Shown: positions 54,748 to 64,000 of the stretch, in pieces | How the letters are laid out: each line of letters starts with the position of its first letter | How positions within the stretch are numbered: the stretch's first letter is position 1 | DNA from: Octopus sinensis | Taxonomy: Eukaryota | Assembly: GCF_006345805.1 (NCBI RefSeq) | Contig: NC_043019.1 | Coordinates: 16,305,360-16,369,359 of the forward strand | Length of the DNA stretch: 64,000 nucleotides | Direction of reading: 5' to 3' | Notes under the pieces: model-generated | What the model saw: only the letters and a program-made list of their open reading frames with translations | Databases searched by the model: none | Told to the model about the DNA's origin: nothing | Translations under genes and position numbers: made by a program

Positions 54748-55914
54748 CTGAAATGACAACCAGTGTGAGAATGGCATTGAGAAGCTAGTTTAGAGGGTAT
54801 AGAGTATGGGGTGGACATGGGAGGGGAAAATAGGTGGTGGTGGTGGCGGGGGGGGGCGTGTCATGTTGTGTCTTAATCTGCTGCAGGCATGGCTCTATGG
54901 TTAAGAAGTTTGGTTTACATCCATGTGGTTTTGAGTTCAGTCCCACAGTGCAGCACCTTGGGCAAGTGTCCTTTTCCTATAGCCATGGACTTGGGTCATT
55001 TCTGGGCTACAGGTGACACCTGCACAAGACACCACACCGTGGGACCAAACTCAAAACCACATGGTTGTGAAGTAACGTTGTGAGCCACACACCCACACTT
55101 CTGCCTCACAACCAGCCAGCAATCCAGACACAACACAACATACCACAACAAAATACAAAGCCAGACAATGCACATCATTATACAATTATTATAACTGAAC
55201 CCCATTACATCAGATGGTATCTTGTCACATGAGCCAACTAGTGTGCATCTATGTGGTCACTCGACTTTTAGAAATAGCAGCCGAATCTCTTTTGAGTTAC
55301 ACCCAACTTTGTAAACAATGAAAGACTTTGGATAATGTAGTTTTAAATGCACTACGGTTGAAAATAAGACGAAGTAGTCATGGTTGGAACGTCACTGACT
55401 ATAAGTCATCTCCATCAGGGCAGACCTGTAGTTAAACAGCCGCAACTGTTATATCAGCTGATGGCATCCTACATAAAGAATGGATGGTCACAGCTGGATT
55501 GGCTTTGATCTGCTCAATCAAAGTAGACCACAGCTAAATAACATAACAACATCCCAACACATTAACCGACAAGACATCACAAAACTGACTCCACAGGAGA
55601 GAGGTCTCTACATGGCTGCCCAGGCTGCTAGAAATAGACGCCAAACATCACCTAAATCAACGCCCTTGAGCGTTAAACAAGGGCGGGTACATTGTATGCG
55701 ATAGCTGAAATAAGGACAGGATGGTCAAGGCAGGAAAGCCGAAGGTCATGGAGTCACTTCGCTCAGCCATGGAGTTAAATAGTAAATAGCAAATGGATTC
55801 ATTTATTTCGACGACAACAATGAGAGAGAGGGGCGTGGGGAGAGACAGACAGAGTGAAGAAAAGCTTTAATGGGGGCGGTGGAGGTCCGTGACAAAGGTC
55901 ATAATTCGCAACAG

Positions 55915-56240
55915 GGTGAAAGCGCGTCGCTTAGTGGTTAGAGTATTTTGGTTCACGATCGTAAGGTCATAAGTTCGATTCCAGGCAGCGCGTTGTGTCC
56001 TTGAGCAAGACACTTTATTTCACGTTGCTCCAGTCCACTCACCTGGCAAAAATGAGATTTACCTGTAATTCAAATGGCCAGCCTTGTCACACTGAATCTC
56101 CCTGAGAACTACGTGAAAGCTACACGTAACTGTGTAGTACTCAACCACTTGCACGTTAATTTCCCGAGCAAGTTGTTCCGTTGATCGTATCAACTGGAAC
56201 ACTAGTCGTCGTAACCGACGGAGAACCAGTTGAGTCAATA
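55915..56240 (+). mobile_element. tRNA-derived SINE family 3; relatives at 50850-51000 (+) and 58790-58950 (-)
   Basis: TAGTGGTTAG A-box-like, GTTCGATTCC B-box, core GTCCTTGAGCAAGACACTTTATTTCACGTTGCTCCAGTCCACTC. Confidence 0.75.
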
Positions 56241-56991
56241 CGCAACGGGATACCCTATCTATCAATAACATTACACACTACATTAGAACCGGCGAATTGG
56301 TGGTGTTATTAGAGCGTCGAATGAAATGACATGTGTGTATTTCAGTTTCTTCGGTTGAGAGTTCAAATCCCACGAAAGTCAACTTCGCCTTTTATCATTC
56401 TAAGATTAATATTAATATAATAATCGAGGGCAATGAAATTGTTAAGAGCTTTGTTTTGGTTCTTTACGCTTTCAGTTCAAATCTCACCGCGGCCTTTCGT
56501 TAATAGACTTAATCTGTTGCCCAGTTTAGCATCACCGCCACTTTATCCTTGGGCGCTCTATTGAAACGATTTTGACCAGGTGTCCGGTGTAAGGATATAT
56601 ACCTCCCCCCTCTTTCCCACCAGTCTCAAAAATCTCTAAAAAGGGGTGTGAACGCTGTCCTCTACTACAACCCCAAGCTTATGAAAGCCTTGTAAGAGGA
56701 TTTGGTAGACGGAAATTAAAAGAAGCCCCTCGTGTATGTATATGTGTGTGTGTACCCACCATCACTTGACAACCGGTGTTGGTGTGTTTACATCCCCGTA
56801 ACTTAGCAGTTTTGCAAAAAGGAGGAAGTTTTTTTTTTAAGTACTGGAGTCGATTCATTCGAGTAAAAATTCTGCAAGGCAGTGCCCCAGCACGGCCACA
56901 ACCTAATGACTGAAAGGAGTAGAAAATAAAATAGATAAATAAACCCCTTAAAACCAAGTCACACTCCAATATAGAAGCAGTGTAAACATAC

Positions 56992-57479
56992 CTTCCGCCC
57001 AGTAATGCGGTGATTTTGGCCACAGGCTTAACGAACATCCAAATGACAGGCGGCACATAACGAGGGCCGCTCGTGTGGAAATGAACTACGTCCAGTTTTC
57101 TCACCGATGGCTGTTGGCTGGTGGTCACCATACGCGGACCGAATTGGCCGACAACCCCTGATCCGTGACGACCTGTTGAGAAAGCAAAGGCAGTTTGTTT
57201 GGGAACGACGGTGGCCCGTAGTGGCGTTGGTACTGCTTTGGTACTAAGAACATATTTCTGCCATCGACTTGGGGCTATAAATAGTTGTTGTTGCTGTTGG
57301 TAATGGCATCGATGATGTTGATGATGATGATGGCGTTGGTAGTGATGGTGGTGGTGCTGAGATCTAAGGTCGACATTCAACGGTGAAACAGGCAGGTTGA
57401 GGTTTCGAGCTTTCCCAGGTGAACGGAAGAGATGTCTGTTGAAAAAGTGAGCCAGCCGACACCATTTGACAACACTCAT
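56992..57479 (-). CDS. OMA1: OMA1 exon 1 (MSVVKWCRL...HFHTSGPRYVPPVIWMFVKPVAKITALLGGR)
   Basis: ATG at 57479; Arg/Ser-rich presequence-like region; FHTS..P....KPV.K motif; AG|GTATGT donor phase 2. The eight exons total 1509 nt. Start codon inferred. Confidence 0.88.
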
Positions 57480-59048
57480 TCTTTTTCTTTTAAACTTTTT
57501 CACTTTATTATTGTTGTTGCTGCTCTTGTTGTTGTGGTGGTGGTGGTGGTGGATGTTGTTGTTAGTAGCGGGGTTTGCCGAGGTATTGATATTCGTCGTG
57601 GCAATGGTGTATCTGTTGCTCTCCTAAAACTCCACTGGCATCTGGGACGCCTTAAATAATCTTTAGTGTCCGTCGCCGTTGTTACCCGAGGTCCTACACG
57701 TGGGCTTTGCTCGCGATGATGTCGATATTGGTATTAACTGCGATGCTAATGGCGCCGAAGTGTTTCTTTTATGCAATGGTCGTTGTTGTTTGTGCTTCTG
57801 AGCTTTAGAGTTGTTGTTACCGATTTAATTACTGCTATAATTGGCGTTGATGTTGGTGATGGCGTTACAGCAGGTGCGTGCCCTCTACAAAGTTAATGTA
57901 GCAACAATAATACTGAGAGTCATCGTACTGGCAGTAACAGTGGTTGTACTTTGGTCACTGAGACTGAGAAGAAGTCGCAGAATACCACAGGAATTTCTAT
58001 GTTCTTAGAGCAATTCTAGCTCACCATATTTCACTTGTTGTCACTCCCGAGACTTTGAATTTGCCATTACGGTCGTCTGCCAATTTCTCAGTTATTCGTC
58101 ACTCTCCGTATCTGGCTTCGTTACTCTCCGTGCAACACACCTCGATGTCCGTACCTCTTCGTCATTCTCTCTCTCTATCTATCTATCTCTCTTTCACTCT
58201 CTCTCTCTCTCATTCGTAAAACCCGGCGACCTCGATGCTGTAAAGGTCGCTAAAAAGATTCAAATATAAATTAAGATTTCGTTATGTCATTTACAATTTA
58301 CCGTCGTCATTAGTTGTTTCTTCAGATTCTATTGTTTCGCTCTAACTTTTACTCATAAACACTGGAAGAGAACGGGTCAAGGGTTAAGCAAAACAGGTGC
58401 GGCGAAGCCTTTGTTCGCTTTCAGGTCAGATAATTTGGTTAGAGTTATCTGCTCCTGTTTTTATCAACAATGGGTCTGACGAGGCAATAAACAGAACGCA
58501 CACACGCAAGTAGCTGCGCGTAACGATGCACATAAGCGTCTTTGCTAGTATATACGCAGTGAAGCTATACAATAGCGTCGTATTTATTACGATTGCTATT
58601 TTCCAGTAAATATCGGTGCCTCGTTGTACCATTTATTTACTTTTATATATATATCACGTGATCGACGATCAGGCTATCGGATTTTGTTATACATTGCTGG
58701 TCACAATGCACTTCGCATTGTTTTAGCTTTCGAATGGTGCCACCCTGTTGGCTAGGCATCCCGGTTAACCATACCCTGATCGGAAAGTCTATTCCCTCGC
58801 ATGCTTACCCCTTTACAGCTGAGTGGACTGGGGCAACGTGAAATGAAGTGTTTTGTTCAAGAAAACAACGCGCGGCTCGGTGCTGGAATCGAACCCATGA
58901 CCCTAACGATCGTGAATGCAACACCCTAACGACTTGGCCACGCGCCTAACGGTTAACGTACATACGTGTGTGCACGCACGCGCGCGCAAACGTATGTATT
59001 CAAACAGTACTCAGTATTCTTATGAAGATATAATATATTTAGATCTCA

Positions 59049-59450
59049 AGGCGGTGGGAGCTGGCAGAAACGTTAGCACGCCGGGCGACACGCTTAGCGG
59101 TATTTCGTCTGCCGCTACGTTCTGAGTTCAAATTCCGCCGAGGTCGACTTTGCCTTTCATCCTTTCGGAGTCGATTAAATAAGTACCAGCTACGCACTAG
59201 GGTCGATGTAATCGACTTAATCCGTTTGTCTGTCCTTGTTTGTCCCTCTGTGTTTAGCCCCTTGTGGGTAGTAAAGAAATGGGTATTTTTTTCTGCCGTT
59301 ACGTTCTGAGTTCAAATTCCGCCGAGGTCGAGTTTGTCTTTCATCCTTTCGGGATCGATAAATTAAGTACCAGTTACGCACTGGGGTCGATGTAATTGAC
59401 TTAATCCGTTTGTCCCCCTCTCTGTTTAGCCCCCTGTGAGCAATAAAAAA
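59049..59450 (+). mobile_element. Dimeric SINE family 1
   Basis: Full monomer, then GGGTAGTAAAGAAATGGGTATTTT junction, then head-less monomer. Confidence 0.85.
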
Positions 59451-59857
59451 TAAATATATTTAGATCTGAAACCTTAACGGATAACGGTGGAGAGAGTAAG
59501 GTACGATATGATAAAATGACGGACTAATTGCCTCTCAGTATCTCATCTCGTTTCTGGTTAATCTGAATTAACAAAGAATTTTGCCTCTCACAATATAGAA
59601 ACATTTCTCATGACACCAACGGAGGAGGATGGCAAGGAAGATGCAGTGGAACAGCTAGTTTACCTCACGGGGCTCGCACTTGCAGATAGCAGTCTTCGCC
59701 CCCGGTAGCGGTGAGCAGGGATATGGTCCGGGAGGGGGAGACAAGGACGCCAGAGTTCTCAATTGTCACAGGCTCGACCGTGAACATTGTCAGAGACTTT
59801 GATCAGAGTTATCTGCTCTTATTATGTATTCAGCACCCGAGAGAAATACTTTGCACG

Positions 59858-59919
<62 letters not shown>

Positions 59920-60257
59920 CAGTCAGCCATGTAGATAGGTTTGTTGGTTCAACACAAACCCATTTTTATCTCCGGGAAGAGATGGTTTATATTAGCCTCG
60001 CCTCAGTCCTTTCACTTGTCCCCCATGGAAGGCCCGCTGGTATAACTGTCAGTCATTGTGGTAGGGAAGCCTTCACACCGCCTCAAACATTGGACTTTGT
60101 GGATATCAAATAATACCACTTACATTTAATAATGAAACAAAAATAATGGTGATATTTGAATATAATTTTGTGGAAGCATCGCACAACTCCGTGTCCCTGG
60201 GAAGTTTGCTATCTTCCCCCCCCCCCTTATTTGAAAATTGATCTATTTTCCGTCACT

Positions 60258-60606
60258 TAATTACCTCTGAGAGTATTGTTTTCAGTCGTGTTTGTTCGTC
60301 TGTTTGTTTGTCTCAAGAACCGCTGGATGGATTCAGATGAAACTTTCAGGGATATTTGACCTTGTGACTGACACAAACTGATTAGGTTTTGGGATCGATC
60401 CGGTACCGGACAAGGATTCTGGGATATTTTTCCTGCTTTTTACTTAATTTTCGAGAGCAGTCAGGTTCATTTTTAGTATTCTTGTTTGTGAGAGCAGTTG
60501 AGTTTATTTCAGATATTCTCATTTTAAAAATCATCTCTGGCTTATCGTTGAGAGTTGCCTTGGTGTTGCGTCGGCAGAGGTTTGCACTCTCCGAGTGCTC
60601 TTGTTT
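60258..60606 (+). mobile_element. Helentron/DINE-1-type non-autonomous element
   Basis: Subterminal inverted repeat ACCTCTG (60263) / CAGAGGT (60575), 3' hairpin GCACTC-tcc-GAGTGC (60584-60598), T-rich end. Confidence 0.65.
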
Positions 60607-61276
60607 CGTTTAATATATCACGTAGCTGATAATATATCGTGTGCAGCTGAGGTCAAAGATGTTTTGAAAACGAATGCGTTGAGAGAGATTACCGTGTGTA
60701 GATACAAGTGTCTTTGACTGTCCTTTTGTCTCCAGAAAAAAAGAAACTGTCATTTCTGTAAAAGCATGTCAATTCCTAAAATTCTTGTGTGTGTGTGTGC
60801 GCGCGTGCACACTACAGACAGCACAGTTTTATTTATCCATCATTTATTAAACAGTGTTCAGCTCATTCCGAAACTCCTTTCCTTCCACTTGCCTACGTGA
60901 CTATATCGTGAGACTTGCAGAAGTCGTTAAGGAATTGGTTCAGCCACCTTATGGTACCATGATGTCTTAAGGCATGGGCACACCGGGCAGTTACCCAGAC
61001 ACTCCACGGGTCTAGGGGTTCAATTCTGATCTACGTATGTTTTGCCTTGCTGTTAATATGTAAATATTGCAGGGTCCGGTGGTGGGCTTACAACACTGCT
61101 AAAACGGTCCGGTTTATGTACATTTTGAACATAAAAGCTTGGGTAAACCAAAGTCTAAAGTTCTCTGCTAAGATCGATGTCATTCTTCGTCACACATCAA
61201 ATTCTTGAGATTAATAAGCAGTGTGATACCATCTACCCCGCCCCTCTCTCCATCTCTCTCTCACTCTCTCTCTCTG

Positions 61277-61325
<49 letters not shown>

Positions 61326-61860
61326 CTCTCGTCTGATGATATGTACAGCAAAGTCAACTGCTAGGGTATTTCAGTGTGTCCCAATTACGCGGTAACACCA
61401 ACAGATTATTATTGACATGTAGTGACTTCATTTAGGCATAGAGTAGATTCGAACCTGAATTGGCAAATTTCCCGTAATATTTCAACAGCACTTTTTCTCT
61501 CAGAAAAACAATGGTTACATTGAACACATGGCTTTGCCAAGCCGATTTATGTCTTTGCCATTTGACCCCTCTAACCTCTTGTAAGCAGAGAAGAATTGAA
61601 TTCACATAACAGTCGATCCCCAAAGACTATCTTTTGTTTTCTGCAATATACCTATTTTTCTAACTAGTTTTGTATAGTTATGGATACTAGAACTCCGTAA
61701 GCAAAAATCAGTTGGTGAATGGAGGCAATTAGAGATGGCCACATGCAAATAGCCACATGAGACAAACGGCCAGAGAGAGAAAACAATCAGACACCATGAG
61801 ACATACAACATCCCCCCAATCTCACTTTCACTATCTCCCTTTCTCTTCTCTACAACATTA

Positions 61861-61931
<71 letters not shown>

Positions 61932-63049
61932 GTGGTTTACTACTACACGGTGACGAGAACAAAAACACAAATTATGCAAGGAAAATCTATGATTCCCCCC
62001 CCCCTTCACCTCGCATGCTTTACAAATTATATGATTCATACCAATCCGTCTTGTTTTAACTATAACAATATGTAACGGTAAATAAATGTTTGCTTGCACC
62101 TTCGGTCACACTGTTCTTCTTTCACCTTGCACATCTGCAACATCAACATTCGTTGCAATTGGTAACTGCCGACCCCAACACATGTCATTACCAATACCGT
62201 CACAAACAAAACGAAATGAAGAGTAAGCAAAACGAACGAAATAAGGAATGACAAACTTGAACAGTTATCTGAAAGAAAACAATAAACACATGCTAAGAAA
62301 GAGATTTGGAGAGTTTATATGAGTTTATGTGCAGAAGTTTCTGTGGTGAACCGTGAAAGAATACAGGATCTAAACTTTAGAACGCAAAACGAAGGCTGAG
62401 TGACTGTCGAAAATGTCACTTGTGGACTTCCGTAGTTTCAGTTCTGTTACAAAGCAGGTATCGTTTGTGCAGTTTCTAATATGCTGCCTGTCACACTGTT
62501 TCATGCTGTTTCTGCCAGAGAATTATGTTAAAGGTACACGTACCTATGAGGTACACGTACCTATGAGGTACACGTCAGTTCAGGAGCAGATAACTCAGTT
62601 GATCGAACAACTGGATCCTCATCGTTGTTTAACGATGATCCACCTCTACCATAGATTATGTAATTGCGGACATCAATGAATAAAAAAAAAAAAGGTCCGG
62701 GAAACGAGTTTCGCGGCCCGATTTCGCTGATCAATTCGAACCAAGTATCTTTTACTTTCCGATATAAAATCTTCTAGAAACCGACGTCAAACATTCCATC
62801 TCGCACCTCCCACCCCGCAAAAAGCGATGGAGGAATTCGGTAAAGGTTTGAGATCTTGGAACAAAGCCAGGAATTTTAAGGAGGGTATAAATCGATTAAA
62901 TTGACCCCAGTACTCAGCTGGTACTTATTTCATCGACCCTGAAAGGATGAAATGCAAAGTTGACATCGGCGGGATTTGAACTCGGAAAGTAAAGAGCCAG
63001 AGGAATTCTTGCAAAGCCTTTTAGCCAACTCGGTAGAGATTCTGACAAT

Positions 63050-64000
63050 GCTTGGCACAACATGGTCACCTTAAAAGCCTTGTTCACCGACACGTCGAGT
63101 GGTTGAAGCACAGGTGGACATACATTCACCTGCAATCACAGCTTTGTTGGTACGACGCTCCTTTAATCTATTTTTTATGTAAGGCGGCGAACTGGCAGAA
63201 ACGTTAGCAGGGCGGCCGAAATGCTTAGCGGTATTTCGGCTGTCTTTACGCTCTGTGTTCAAATTCCACCGAGGTCGACTTTGCCTTTCATCTTTTCGGG
63301 GTCGATTAAATAAGTACCAGTTGTATACTATGGTCGATCTAATCGACTGGGCCCCCTCCCCAAAAATGTCGGGGCTTGTGCCTTGAGTAGAAGAGAATCT
63401 ATTTTCTATGCTGCTGATCAGATGAGCCCATACAAGAAGCGACTTTGAATCAAGCATAGCCCCCTGGGTGCTTGAACCACATGTCGTTTAACCGGTTCGT
63501 CAATACGGTTTCATCTACCCACCTTTTCTCCTGAACATACACCACTATGCCCTTCGGAAACTTCTCTTTCGGGAAAGTCCTTCTCTTGAAAACAACAGCT
63601 GGGCTAAGTTTCGTACCGACAGCCATATCAAACCAAAATTGCGGTGAAGAGGACCTTGTCGCTCCCTGTAGTTTTTACTGAAATTGTGTTTTCCCCTTTA
63701 ATGTCGACTGTCCGAGTTCCTACCATATCGAAAAGAAGGCGTGTCTTTTCAATATTACTGATTACTTCCAAGGTAAACTCGTGGCCCTTTCGTAGGTCTA
63801 TTACACACCGATGGAAGGAATCAACTTTGCTCTCTACGTCAGCGGGTAATTTCTGTGCTATATGCCATAGTAGTGCTCCAGCATGACCACAGGCGCATGG
63901 CTGAAACGAGTAAAAGAAAGTATGACTCTTCTGTCTCAGCGTAAGATTGTGACGCTTCATAAACCTCGAACCTTTAAAGCCAGGAAATGCTTTGAAGTCG
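63050..64000 (-). mobile_element. pogo-family DDD transposase remnant interrupted by a SINE
   Basis: ISNIEKTRLLFDMVGTRTVDIKGENTISVKTTGSDK, SLLVW, LQPLDVSVNKAFK motifs. Confidence 0.85.
63180..63395 (+). mobile_element. SINE family 1 with 15-bp target-site duplication; another copy at 62855-63040 (-)
   Basis: AATCTATTTTTTATG (63165-63179) / AATCTATTTTCTATG (63396-63410). Confidence 0.9.

Noticed and set aside
56679-57503. ORF start at 57503 and read-through past 56992
   Set aside because: 57503 is a GTG; the first ATG is 57479, and OMA1 similarity stops at the GT donor at 56991.
57500-58150. Coding-looking low-complexity region upstream of OMA1, with an open frame to 57620 after a TTTTAG
   Set aside because: No ATG in frame and stops in all frames upstream; could be 5' UTR or an alternative acceptor but is unsupported.
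59600-60113. GC-richer stretch with short ORFs as a third gene
   Set aside because: Short ORFs with early stops, no recognisable motifs and no consistent exon chain.

Overview
AT-rich, microsatellite-dense eukaryotic genomic DNA. It is most likely octopus or another coleoid cephalopod, inferred from the calexcitin-like gene, the SINE families and the repeat landscape. Two convergent spliced genes were reconstructed by hand with GT-AG junctions and consistent intron phases. The first is a 6-exon calexcitin/SCP-like EF-hand gene (+, 13709-36008, 220 aa, N-terminal MGxxxS). The second is the 8-exon mitochondrial metalloprotease OMA1 (-, 57479-43369, 502 aa, HELAH). The rest is transposon debris: a Tx1/L1-like LINE, RLE-type LINE ends, RTE and CR1 pieces, an internally deleted Gypsy, a full-length mariner, pogo, possible piggyBac, Helitron-type elements and many tRNA-derived SINEs. 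The most unusual signal is about a dozen minimal hammerhead ribozyme (HHR) motifs from at least five unrelated short repeat families. They have self-complementary stem III segments (dimer-type, as known for Penelope-like elements), mostly end at (TA)n, and repeatedly occur as head-to-head fold-backs. One family is a tRNA-headed (Pol III-type) SINE whose 3' tail carries the hammerhead. All folds and alignments were done by eye; no database search was possible.
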